From contig NW_021834862.1 in NCBI RefSeq assembly GCF_006345805.1, forward strand, positions 1-44,651: 44,651 bases of DNA, given 5' to 3'. Under the pieces are notes generated by a model. The model was not told where the DNA came from. It ran no database searches and saw only the letters and a list, made by a program, of their open reading frames with translations. The position numbers were made by a program, and so were the translations under genes. Position 1 is the stretch's first letter, and every line of letters begins with the position of its first letter. Below, piece by piece: positions 11,932-24,424 of this stretch. Source of the DNA: Octopus sinensis (lineage: Eukaryota).

Positions 11932-13926
11932 ATGGCAACTAGAAACCACGTGGCTAGCCCGCCAGTCATGCAGAACGGTAGCAAAACACTATTGCTACCA
12001 CTAGCTGCTAAACATCGCAGCGTGAACACCGCTGTCACCACCATCACCACCACCAACAACAACAACAACAAATCTAACGTCGCATTCACCATCGCCGCGA
12101 CCAAAGACATTAACTTAGATTTCCCCTCACTCCCCACACCACTTGTTGATGATAAAGGGACAGAGAAAGGGATTTCAAAAATGAATACAAACGAAAACAT
12201 GAATGCCAGCACCACCACCATCACCACCAACAACAACAACAACGAAATTGGCACAAAGCCGCCTACCAAAGACAACACCGCCAACACCAACACCACTACT
12301 ACGACGTCAAATGCTACATCCAAGCCTTCTGCTGCTAGTACCGCCAACACCAACACCACTACCATGACTTCAATTAACACTGCCACAATTAACACTTCTA
12401 CTGCCAAATTCAAAATGAATTTTGCGGACGTAACAAAACAAAAAAGAACAATTGTAACATTCACCACACAAGAGATAAACCGCACAAAGGCACTCTTCTC
12501 CAAAGAAGGAGACAAATTGCACCTTCACATTCCACAACACATTGTGGAAAACACACAAAAAAAACAATAATTTATAAAGTAATAAACAAAAAAACAAGAA
12601 CAGAAAATGCACCGCAGGAAAAAATCGAAAATGCCTTCGTCCATCATGGGACTCCAAGGAATATATCAGCTGGGGAAACAAATTTGGTACAGTCCAAGTA
12701 CGTTTCCTCAACGAAAGTTTAGCAAAACGTTTTTCCACATTGGAGCTACATTCGGACGACTTGGTAATGATACCAGTCTATTTAAACAAAAGGGTCACGA
12801 AAGTCCAAATAAAAAACATACCATTTGATGTCGAAACACAATGGTTGGTCTCTGCCATCTGCTTTGAAATGTCAGAGACAATGTCAGAGACAAACATCCT
12901 GGAAATCGCGGTTCTAGGAGAGAAAGACTGTGGGCAAATCAATCGAATTCCTGCTTCAATTGGATGAAGCAGCAAGAGAGAGAGAATACCCACCGCTATA
13001 GAACTGCCAGGAGGCTACAAACTCTATATAGTGGTAGAGGGCAGGCGACCACGCTGCTATTTGTGTGGAAGCGAAACACACTTGAAAAAGACGTGCCCAA
13101 CCACTGCACACCAAGAGCAACAACAACAACCACTACCACAACCAAAGCACTCCGGAAAAAAAGCTCTACTACCCACACCACCATCAACACAGAAGACAAG
13201 AGAAGCACACCAAGCTAATCCGTCATCAACCAAAAACCACTCGACACCTGAAAAAATACCACACCACCATCAACAGCAAAACCCAAAGGAACAGAAAAAC
13301 AAAGAAAACACACACAAACTGATCCCCCATCCCTTATACCGCACTCAACACACAAAAGCACTCAACAACCAACAACAACGAAAACAACAACACAACCACT
13401 TACACAGACATACATAGAAGCCCACAACATACCCCTACCCCCTTCTGATTCCTCAGAAATTTCGTCGGAAGACGAAACCAGTGAGGAATGGCAAATAGCT
13501 ACAAAAAGAAGGAAAATAAAGAGCAGAAACACAACCAAACCAAATGCAAACACGAACAAAGCAGGGGGACATACATCTCCCGAAGACATTTCAAAACCCA
13601 ACGCAAACAACAGCCACACCAACACCACAAAAACATATACAGCAAACATGCTCACAGCCATAGACACCAAAAACACAAATTTGATGGAATACATCCAATC
13701 AAAAACAAACATAACAGAAGATGACATAAAAACAAACAATCACCCATACACAACACCACCAGACCACATCAAAATATTACACATCTCCAAAAGTCTGCAC
13801 CACACACTCAAAGGCATTTTCCCCAGTGCGGTTGGTAAATGCCAAAAATATCTCACAAAGAAACTGTACTGGGATCTTCTCGAGGACAAACCAACGGAGG
13901 AGAAAGCAAAAACTTTCGAGCAGTAA
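11932..13926 (+). pseudogene. LINE ORF1 (gag-like), interrupted by several frameshifts or stops
   Basis: ATG at 11932, Thr/Asn-rich N-terminus, zinc knuckle CYLCGSETHLKKTC at 13055-13096, TAA at 13924-13926. Split across several ORF-track entries. Confidence 0.75.
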
Positions 13927-13956
13927 GTAACCTCTGTATTCTAATTCATTAGAACT

Positions 13957-16900
13957 ATGATCAAGATTGGTTGTGTAAATGCGCGTGGCTTGGGGTCCCC
14001 TTGGAAACAAGGGTACCTCTTAAATGACATAAAGTCACATAAGTTAGAAATCATAGCCATCAGCGAGACCAGACTCCACAATCCGCGGGCCCTAAAGACC
14101 ATGTTTGGCGGACAATTCAACATTTATTTTTCCCCCTGTCTGCCGAGAATGGGCGGTAGTGGCACCGCGGTACTTTTTCACAAGAGTCTGGATCTCAAAG
14201 TAAGGACAATATTCGTAGACCCGGAGGGTAGACTGGTCGTCCTGGATGTCGACGGCAGCAATGGGTGCGCTTTTCGACTCGTATCAGTTTACGCACCGCC
14301 TAACAGGTCGGGCGGATTTCTTTCAACGTCTAGAAGTTTTCTTGGGAACGTCTCGTCCTTTACTCTTAGTGGGGGATTGGAATGCTACCTTGGACACGCA
14401 TGTAGACTACGTGGGTAGAGATAGGAATAGACGGGGATGCAAATGCCTCAGAGACCTGCTCAGACGCTTTCAACTGTCTGACAGGTTCCGACTAGACCAC
14501 CCGAATGCGCCAACGTGGACATGGAGCAACCGCATCGGGTCGTCGAGATCGTATCTAGATAGGATACTGTGTAGGACAGTAGATAGAGATAGCATAGGAT
14601 GTCCACAATTCCACATAGTCAGCTACACGGATCACAAACTTGTGACATGTACGCTAGACTTAGGTAAGACACTTAGGCAGGGTCCCGGATACTGGAAACT
14701 AAACGCGTCTTTCCCATCGAGACAAGTTTTCAGAGACCGGATTAGCACACTAGTAAAGAGGGCTTTGACGGGAGCCATCATCAACAACAAATGGTGGTTG
14801 CCCTCAAGAGAGCAGTAAAAGCAGAAGCGATTAGGTACAGCAAAGCACTAGCCATAGATAGAAATAGAGTAGAGGGTGAGCTAGTTAAGAAGCTAGAAGA
14901 GGCAATTAGAAGCGGCATCGCATCCGACGTTTTGGCGGCGAGGTTGGCCCTCGACCAACACTTCAACGCCAAACACGAAGGATGTGCTGTCAGAGCTAGA
15001 ATGCGTGCTCTAAGGAACGAAGGTGTTGGAGCCGCGAGAGAGGCCCGGGTGGCAGAGGCGCAACAGGGCAACAAAGCCACCATTCGGTCACTGGTAGATG
15101 AACAGGGGCGCGAATTGCTCGAGCCAAGTAAAATGTGTGAGGCCTTTCAGCAGCATTTTGCCCGACTGTTCGGAACGAGTGGAGGGCAAGAACGTAGGGT
15201 GGACTTCAGTGCCTACCTACATAGCCTACCACGACTCTCGACAAGAAAGGCAGGGTGCTGCGAAGGTGCCATCACGGCGGCGGAAGTGCGGGAAGCGATG
15301 GCAGAATGCTCGAGGGACAAATCACCGGGTTTGGATGGTCTACCCTACGAGCTTTACAATTGTATGCCAGACTTGTTTGGAGATCTCTTGGCGGCGGTGT
15401 ACTGCAACTGGCAGCAAAACGGGAGCATTCCTGGTTTTGTGAGCCGAGGAGCCGTAACACTGCTGAAGAAAGATCTAAACAAGGGAAATGTAATAGATAA
15501 CTTTAGGCCCATCACTCTGCTTAATGCAGACTTGAAAATTTTGGCCAAGGTGCTAGCCAAGAGGTTGGCGCTTGTCATCGAGAAACTGGTCGTCAAGGCG
15601 CAAACATGCGCCGTGCCAGGCCGGACCATCCATGATAACCTCCATCTGATGCGCTACATCATAGACAGGGTAGTTAACGAACCTGGCATGGGTGGGGCCC
15701 TGATCAACTTGGATCAATCGAAAGCTTTTGATAGGGTAGACCATCGATACTTGGGGGCAGTCCTGAGAGCGGCTGGTTTCGGTCCCGTCTTCCGCGGCTG
15801 GATAGCTGCCTTGTACAGAGGCATCCGTTCGGTAATTCGCGTAAATGGACATCTATCGAGACCTTTCGACATTGCACGTTCGGTCCGTCAGGGATGCCCC
15901 CTCTCGGCGCTTCTATACGTATTGACTCTTGAGCCACTACTGCGGAAGCTGGCGACTCTAAGGGGCATCCCGCAAGAATTGGGATGCGGGACGAGCGTGT
16001 CTGCATACGCGGACGACGTCACCGTCATAGTGTCTAGCCACGAGCACATCGAGCTGGTCGGCGAGACACTGAAAAACTACGAAGCGGTGACAGGAGCGAA
16101 AATCAACCGGGAAAAGTCAGTGGGCTTGCGACTAGGCACCTGGAGAAGCAAGCCCATGCCGTCCACCAGCGCCTCCGTCGTGGGACGCTGGACCGACGGC
16201 CCGGTTGAGTTGCTCGGGGTCTGGTTTGGTCCGGACCTCCAAGTGGTGAAGAACTGGAACGAGATAACGAGTAGGGTGGTCACTCTCGCCCGGCAATGGG
16301 CCGAGAGGAAACTGTCCCTAAAAGGTCGAGCGGAGGTGGCGAACACGTACATCCCGTCCGTCATCTACTACCGCCTGACCGTCGTACCTTGTCCCGACCC
16401 TACCATCACCAAACTACAACGCATCCTCTTTCGCTTCTTGTGGAAAGGATGCGTCCCGATGGTCAGGCGATCCATTTGCTGTCAACACCCGTTAAAAGGA
16501 GGGCTGGGCGTGCCGTGGTTGATGATGCGCAGACACGCGCTGAGACTGCGACATCTCTGGTTCTATGTAGACGACGGTGAACAGGTGTGGTCGCCGTTTG
16601 TGAGGCACGCTTTCCCGCAGCTCGTCTCCATGACCGAACTGCAGTCGTGGATCAAAAAGAGGCCGAGGAAGGGCGAATGGCACCACGAGTGTCGCGTTGC
16701 TCTCAAGCAACTCTGCCGTCCTGGGTCGACCTTAAGTGACTTCAACACAACCAAAGCATTCTATACGGGTTTAGTGGAGGGGAGGTACGACGACGAGCTC
16801 GGGGCGAACCTGGACGTCGACGAGGAGTACCTGACCCGCCTGTTCAGGACGACTTTCGGGCCAGGGCCCATGGACAACTTCCAGAGATCCCTGGCCTGGC

Positions 16901-17390
16901 AGTGCTACCGAGAAGCGCTACCCGTTCGGGATAAGCTCTACAGACACGGGTCGAGAAACACGGGGCCGACCTGCCCGAGATGCGGTCAGAGCGACGAAAC
17001 CGTTCTGCACGCACTCGTTCAGTGTCCACAATTTCCGACCTGTGGGCTTATGTTGAACAACTGCTGTCACGTGTGGGACGAGTCGGTTTATCAGCTGAGT
17101 CTATCGTCAATATTGTCACGCTTCCTTCCTTCAAACGGGAAGGAAGAGCTATTTTCATCATCCTTGTGGCTATGGCGAAAGAATGTATCTGGTGGACGTG
17201 TCTGAAAGGATTGGAGACAAACACTTTCCTCTCTGGTCAATCTCTCATCAACTTCTTCAAGTACCACTTGAAAAGGAAAGTGAGAGTAGAGAGGCAAGTT
17301 TTGTCTAGCGAATGTTTTAAAAAAAGATGGGTGAATGTAGCAAGAATGGCACGTATGAATGACGAAGCCACCTTGAGCATAGTCCTATGA
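13957..17390 (+). pseudogene. LINE ORF2 (APE endonuclease, reverse transcriptase, CCHC finger) with three apparent frameshifts
   Basis: APE motifs GCVNARGL, AISET, GDWNATLD, YLDRI and TDHKLV. RT motifs KSPGLDG, FRPITLLN, DQSKAFDRV, RQGCPLS and YADD. Finger CPRC...HALVQC. Frame shifts near 14300, 14795 and 17028. Confidence 0.92.
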
Positions 17391-17867
17391 ACCCAGAAAT
17401 CGAAAACAGAGAGTTGCTTATTTGCAAAAAAAAAAAAAAAAAAGAAATATAAAATGTGACTTCATTGACCGAGGTTACCTTGGTCTTTTCCGTAGGCTTT
17501 TCTTTCCACGGGTAAACCTCACCTGTCCTCCCCTTTACACTTCATATTGACATTTCTGTGATAACGATCCCTATTGATCAATTTTTTTTTCTTCTCCCCC
17601 TTTTTTTTTAACCCCCCTTTTTTTTGTCCTCTTTCTCTCCTTTTACGATCCCTTTTGATCGAAACTCCCCTTCCTTTTTTTTTTTAAACCTTCAAAAGAA
17701 AAGCTCTACCTTGTAATTTGTTCTATCTGTGTGCAGCCCTGTGTGGCTAATAAAGAAACATATCTATCTATCTATCTGTCTGTCTGTCTCTCTATCTCTC
17801 TCTCTGTCTATCTATCTATCTATCTATCTATATCTATCTGTCTGTCTGTTCTCTATATCTCTCTCTG

Positions 17868-17926
<59 letters not shown>

Positions 17927-17930
17927 GTCT

Positions 17931-19270
17931 CTCTTCGCTTCTTGTGGAAAGGATGCGTCCCGATGGTCAGGCGATCCATTGCTGTCAACACCCGTTAAAA
18001 GGAGGGTGGGCATGCCGTGGTTGATGATGCGCAGACACGCGCTGAGACTGCGACATCTCTGGCTCTATGTAGACGACGGTGAACAGTGTGTCGCCGTTTG
18101 TGAGGCACGCTTTCGCAGCTCGTCCATGACCGAACTGCAGTCGTGGATCAAAAAGAGGCCGAGGAAGGGCGAATGGCACCGCGAGTGTCGCGTTGCTCTC
18201 AAGCAACTCTGCCGTCCGGGTCGACCTTAAGTGACTTCAACACAACCAAAGCATTCTATAGGGGTTTAGTGGAGGGGAGGTACGACGACGAGCTCGGGGC
18301 GAACCTGGACGTCGACGAGGAGTACCTGACCCGCCTGTTCGGGACGACTTTCGGGCCAGGCCCATGGACAACTTCCAGAGATCCCTGGCCTGGCAGTGCT
18401 ACCGAGAAGCGCTACCCGTTCGGGATAAGCTCTACAGACACGGCTCGAGAAACACGGGGCCGACCTGCCCGAGATGCGGTCAGAGCGACGAAACCGTTCT
18501 GCACGCACTCGTTCAGTGTCCAACAATTTCCGACCTGTGGGCTTATGTCGAACAACTGCTGTCACGTGTGGGACGAGTCGGTTTATCAGCTGAGTCTATC
18601 GTCAATATTGTCACGCCTCCTTCCTTCAAACGGGAAGGAAGAGCTATTTTCATCATCCTTGTGGCTATGGCGAAAGAATGTATCTGGTGGACGCGTCTGA
18701 AAGGATTGGAGACAAACACTTTCCTCTCTGGTCAATCTCTCATCAACTTCTTCAAGTACCACTTGAAAAGGAAAGTGAGAGTAGAGAGGCAAGTTTTGTC
18801 TAGCGAATGTTTTAAAAAAAGATGGGTGAATGTAGCAAGAATGGCACGTATGAATGACGAAGCCACCTTGAGCATAGTCCTATGAACCCAGAAATCGAAA
18901 ACAGAAAGTTGCTTATTTGCAAAAAAAAAAAGAAATATAAAATGTGACTTCATTGACCGAGGTTACCGTGGTCTTTTCCGCAGGCTTTTCTTTCACGGGT
19001 AAACCTCACCTGTTCTCCCTTTACACTTCATATTGACATTTCTGTGATAACGATCCCTATTGATCATTTTTTTTTCCTCTCCCCCCCCCCCCTTTTTTTT
19101 TTTTTTTTAACCCCCCTTATTTTTGTCCTCTTCCTCTCCTTTTACGATCCCTTTTGATCGAACCTCCCCCTTCCTTCTTTTTTTTTTTTTTTTTAATACC
19201 TTCAAAAGAAAAGCTCTACCTTGTAATTTGTTCTATCTGTGTGCAGCCCTGTGTGGCTAATAAAGAAACA
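17931..19270 (+). mobile_element. Tx1-group LINE copy 3, 5'-truncated
   Basis: Near-identical to about 16425-17760 with many single-base deletions. Same 3' junction into (TATC)n. Confidence 0.92.
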
Positions 19271-19296
19271 TATCTATCTGTCTCTCTATCTCTCTC

Positions 19297-19339
<43 letters not shown>

Positions 19340-19375
19340 GTCTGTCTGTCTGTCTGTCTATCTCTCTCTCTGTCA

Positions 19376-19431
<56 letters not shown>

Positions 19432-19466
19432 GTCTGTCTGTCTGTCTCTCTCTCTATCTCTCTCTG

Positions 19467-19514
<48 letters not shown>

Positions 19515-19515
<1 letters not shown>

Positions 19516-19656
19516 TTGTCCTCTTTCTCTCCTTTTACGATCCCTTTTGATCGAAACTCCCCCTTTTCCTTTTTTTTTTTTTAAACCTTCAAAAGAAAAG
19601 CTCTACCTTGTAATTTGTTCCATCTGTGTGCAGCCCTGTGTGGCTAATAAAGAAAC
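19515..19656 (+). mobile_element. Tx1-group LINE copy 4, ~140-bp 3'UTR tip
   Basis: Matches the last ~140 bp of the other copies. Flanked by (TATC)n on both sides. Confidence 0.88.
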
Positions 19657-19755
19657 GTATCTATCTATCTATCTCTCTGTCTGTCTGTCTATCTCTCTAT
19701 CTATCTCTGTCTATCTATCTATCTATCTGTCTGTGTCTCTCTATCTCTCTCTCTG

Positions 19756-19805
<50 letters not shown>

Positions 19806-19894
19806 GTCTGTCTGTCTCTCTATTCTCTCTCTCTGTCTATCTATCTATCTATCTATCTATCTGTCTGCCTCTCTCTCTCTCTCTCTCTGTATCC

Positions 19895-19946
<52 letters not shown>

Positions 19947-20123
19947 GTCTGTCTGTCTCTCTATCTCTCTCTCTGTCTCTCTATCTATCTATCTATCTAT
20001 CTGTCTATCTATCTATCTATCTATCTGTCTGTCTGTCTGTCTCTCTATCTCTCTCTCTGTCTATCTATCTATCTATCTATCTGTCTATCTATCTGTCTGT
20101 CTGTCTCTCTATATCTCTCTCTG

Positions 20124-20190
<67 letters not shown>

Positions 20191-20272
20191 GTCTGTCTGT
20201 CTCTCTATCTCTCTCTCTGTCTATCTATCTATCTATCTATGTGTCTATCTATCTGTCTGTCTGTCTCTTTAT

Positions 20273-20328
<56 letters not shown>

Positions 20329-20357
20329 GTCTGTCTGTCTCTCTATCTCTCTCTGTG

Positions 20358-20395
<38 letters not shown>

Positions 20396-20398
20396 AAT
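19657..20398. repeat. (TATC)n compound microsatellite
   Basis: Directly visible. Same variant motifs as 9163-9794. Similar tracts at 17761-17930 and 19271-19514. Confidence 0.96.
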
Positions 20399-20436
<38 letters not shown>

Positions 20437-20481
20437 ATATATACAATATATATATACATATATATATATGTATGTATACAG

Positions 20482-20710
20482 ATCATCATCATCATCATAC
20501 TTGCTTGGCTCCGATAGATTATATTGAGGCAAATTTCCTGCAGCTGGATGCTCTCCCTATCGCCAACCTTCTCCTCTTCTTTTCAAGGAAGCTAACATTT
20601 GCCAAGAACTAGACATGTTCCCGCAGAATGTTGGAAATAAGAGACCCTGCTTATATGACAGTGGCACTCATTTACAACTATCACACAGATGTCAAGACAA
20701 AGAGACACTC
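20482..20710. mobile_element. Dispersed repeat remnant related to the RTE-type 3' tail
   Basis: (CAT)n followed by GCTGGATGCTCTCCCTATCGCCAACC, resembling the ATGCCATTCCTAATGCCAACC motif of the array RTE tails. Confidence 0.45.
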
Positions 20711-20929
20711 ACACACACACAAGCGTATACGCACTCACATATAAGATGAATACTCATATATATATATACATACACACACAATGAAGTCTGTGTGTGTCTG
20801 TGCGTATATATATGTATGGATATATACATACATACACATATATATATATATGCAGATATATATATATATATATGGTGGTGTGTGTGTGTGTGTGTGTGTG
20901 TCTATGCATTGAGATATGTATATATTTAT

Positions 20930-20960
<31 letters not shown>

Positions 20961-21322
20961 CATATAAAGTAAGAAATTATAAGATGAATATATTTCTTTC
21001 ACCAGTTACATCGTTTCACAGAAATTTTTGTGTATGATAAATCTTTTTACATGTCTGCATTAGTGTATAGGTTATAAATCATACAGTGCCATCATACAAT
21101 TTACAAAGTAAAACAGGTATAAATGACAAGCACCTCAGTTCATAGAATATCATGTTTACATCCATTCTTCAATGCAATATACATATACAAGAAGAGAATT
21201 TTATTTTCAAAATGTTAATGTATGGAAGACAATAATTTACAAAACAGTTTTTTATAGAAGAGAGAAGCTGATTTAGTAAGATATCAAAAAGGAAGTAGTA
21301 AATATACATACATGCATATACA

Positions 21323-21372
<50 letters not shown>

Positions 21373-21384
21373 CTTATATATGAA

Positions 21385-21917
21385 TGTATATAAAAAGAAT
21401 TGGGGTGGTTTATGGGATTACCCTGGGTTTCCCATCAATAAAGGGTTTAGCTTTGTACCGGATCGTAAGGCCCCAAAACCTGTTGGCCTAAGACCTCTTC
21501 AAAATATGGAAGGGGAAAAGCCTTGGATTTACGTTTTCTGCAAAAGATCCTTTCAGCTCCCTGGCAAGAGATCATCCCAGTGACCATGTGGTTTCTATTA
21601 AATACCTCACCATTGAAGCGTTTCTACATATTCACTGAAACCACGGGTCTCCCATAAATATGAAAGAATTTGACCTCGGATACTCCAGCAATAACATCCC
21701 CACATCATCCAACGAACTATACACCCGTATGCAGCTGGAAAAGCTATTGGACGGGATTAGGCGTATGAGGTGTAGGGCTTTTCCAACCTCCATATTTGGA
21801 AGAGGTCTTAGGCCAACAGGTTTTGGGGTCTAATGATACGCCATGAAGCTAAATCCTTTTTGGACCGGAAACCAAGGGTAATCCCGGAAACCGGCCTTCC
21901 CCAGTTTTAAAATATAC
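21385..21917. mobile_element. Element with ~125-bp inverted arms and an internal Penelope-like ORF start
   Basis: Arms at about 21401-21525 and 21778-21903, with a perfect 30-bp inverted core (21471-21500 vs 21799-21828). A 57-codon ORF at 21660-21833 reads MKEFDLGYSSNNIPT...IRRMRCRAF. Confidence 0.6.
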
Positions 21918-23151
21918 ACTGCTCTACATCTTAGAGTGTGCTTCTTCTCCGGATTTATCTTTTCTACAATCAAAACAAATATATACATAGATATGTCATT
22001 ATTCAGTTTATTTCCAGATATTCTATTTTTCACTTTACGTCAACATCCGCTGGACAGCTAAACTATGCATAGTTTCTCTATGTATGTATGTATGTATGTA
22101 TGTATGTATGTATGTATGTATGTATGTATATGTGTGTATGTATGTATGTATGTATGTATGTATATCTGCACACACATACACACACACACGTAGTGATATA
22201 ATTGTCATTTAGTCTACCTCAGGAATTTCACGGTTTTTTGAGTTTTATTACAAATGGGGTATTGGGAAATGGTGTATTGACCCATTTTGCATCGGACGCT
22301 TGTGGGTTGGATACTGTATAATCGGATGTGTTGCATCCTCCAGTGCAGATGCATCTCATCTGGTGTCTTGTTTTACAGAAGAAACCTCACTAAATATTCT
22401 CGGTTTCGCTTGGCATGTTGTTGCCAGGAGGTTGTTGGCTATAATGCTATAATCCAAGAACCTACTGACAACAACAATATACAAAGCGACACCGAGAACT
22501 CTCCCACCCGCAAGGAATCGATGCAAGATGGGTCAAACCAATGGTTGTGATGGATAAAGTTTCTCGTGAATTTCATTTTACATATTCCTCATTCAACATA
22601 TATATTTATATATCCAACAGTAATGTATATAAATCTCTCCCTCTCTCTCTCTCTCTCTCACTATATATATACATATATATATATATTATATATATTATAT
22701 ATATATATATATTATATTTGAGTGTGTCTCTGTGTATGTGTGTGTGCACGCGCATTAATTTCATGGTGGTGGACACTAACCACCTCAACAGTTTTATGAA
22801 CCTCTTATTAATTATAGCAACATCAAAAGTATACTTTAGAAATTTCAATTCTTCTTTACTAGTCTTGATCTGTTAATCATGTGTTCACTCGTGTTCAGCT
22901 CCCCTAAAACTTACTATAGTTAGGAAGAAAGGTAGATTAAGCTGAAACAATCTATTTAGGACATCTTTATCCTGTCAAGAACACATTCTCATAGCAACAT
23001 CTAGAGGATCTTACGAAGGTTGATTTTACGGACAAACATCAAATGTACATGATCAGTTTGATCAAGTATACAGTAGAAGACAATAATGACACATTCATAT
23101 CCATCCTGATTTTCATGTAAATTTTCATTTTCTATTTTTACTTCCACAAAG

Positions 23152-23361
23152 GGTTCACTTCAGTTGGACATTAAGAACAAAATGGAAAGGACACCATTGC
23201 TTGAAGCCGTTTCCCAGGGTCACCTCGGAATGACACACCTGTTAATAGCCCTGGGTGCAAATGTAAATGCTGTTGATGGTGAAGGTAACAGTTGTTTGCA
23301 CCTAGCCATGGCAACAAAACATTTTAATTCCAAGGGTGCACCCTTGGATTTACTAAACGAA
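23152..23361 (+). CDS. Ankyrin/RING gene exon (GSLQLDIKNKMERTPLLEAVS...GNSCLHLA...LDLLNE)
   Basis: Pyrimidine tract plus AAG acceptor ending 23151 and GTAAGT donor at 23362. This start keeps 34-aa ankyrin spacing. Phase 0 to 0. Confidence 0.88.
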
Positions 23362-24000
23362 GTAAGTTTTAAAATTGTTTGTGTATATACATGCGTGTGT
23401 GTCTGTGTGTGTGTGTCTGTGTGTGTGAGTGTGTGTGTGTCTGTGTGATTTTGTATATTTGGGAGTCTTTGTGGGAGTGTGAGAGAGAGAGACAGGCAGA
23501 CAGACAAACTTTGCTTGTCATGTATCAATTCTCCCCTATCAACCCCATCCTCCATTACCATTCCGTAATCCAGTCTCCCCTTATGACCCGAGTGATATTA
23601 TGTAACAAACAATATTCCATCTCCTTTCACTCTCAAAGATGTCGTCTCACCACGGTCGAGAGGTGACCCATCTCGGTTGTTGGCCATATAAACACAGCCA
23701 TCACAATGTGACGGAGAAGTGGCCTATTTAATAGAGGAGATATTATTCTCAATTAACAATGATGCAGGATAGAAGAGATGTCTGAGCTTTATAGTGCTGG
23801 TGCCATGGTAAAGACATCCAGTCCATTCTATGAAGAATTCTGAGTGAAACTGCTCTCTATCCTACTTCTTATATACGACATGAATCCACTGACTTCTTGT
23901 GGACATGTCATAACATTGTTCAATGTTAAGACACTAGAGGATAAATGCAATAAAGCATGGTCCTTAGTGAGTTTTCCAGTATTTAAGTTCTGTACTTAGG

Positions 24001-24012
24001 CACACACACACA

Positions 24013-24091
<79 letters not shown>

Positions 24092-24126
24092 ACACACACA
24101 CACACTCACACAGACAAACACACACA
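24001..24126. repeat. (CA)n microsatellite
   Basis: Directly visible. Confidence 0.97.
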
Positions 24127-24291
24127 AGTAATGATTTTGAGTTTGAGTATATATCTTGTAAAATGCTGTTTAAAGCCCGTTTACTGTATTCGGCTATCTG
24201 ATGTCATCAACAGTATGGACTTCAATACTTCTGGACTTTTTGCTGTCATCTCATAAATGAAGCAGTTTTTTATAATCCTTATATTTTTCTG

Positions 24292-24424
24292 TTAATCTAA
24301 AACATATTCTCCTTCATCTTCTACAATGCTCTTCCATCTATCTGGTAGACTTGCAAGTCACCTCTTCCAAAATTCACTTGTCCGTGATTAAAAATACTCT
24401 TCCATTACTCTTCTGACTTGACAC
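24292..24424 (-). mobile_element. Mariner-type transposase C-terminal relic
   Basis: The minus strand reads QVRRVMEEYF*SRTSEFWKR*LASLPDRWKSIVEDEGEYVLD*, resembling the mariner C-terminal LPERW...GEY motif, with two internal stops. Confidence 0.65.

Larger units (their letters stand above)
11708..17760 (+). mobile_element. Full-length Tx1/L1-group non-LTR retrotransposon (copy 2, ~6.05 kb)
   Basis: 5'UTR, ORF1 with a CX2CX4HX4C knuckle, ORF2 with APE endonuclease, RT and C-terminal CCHC, then a 3'UTR with AATAAA at 17749. Confidence 0.93.

Noticed and set aside
22260-22560. 87-aa ORF and Cys-rich minus-strand peptide (FCKTRHQMRCICTGGC)
   Set aside because: No usable splice sites in phase and interrupted by stops. 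It may be a transposon relic but could not be assigned.
23164-23361. Alternative acceptor CAG at 23161-23163
   Set aside because: It would shorten the ankyrin repeat to 30 aa, whereas 23152 gives 34 aa like the preceding repeat. Kept only as a possible minor site.
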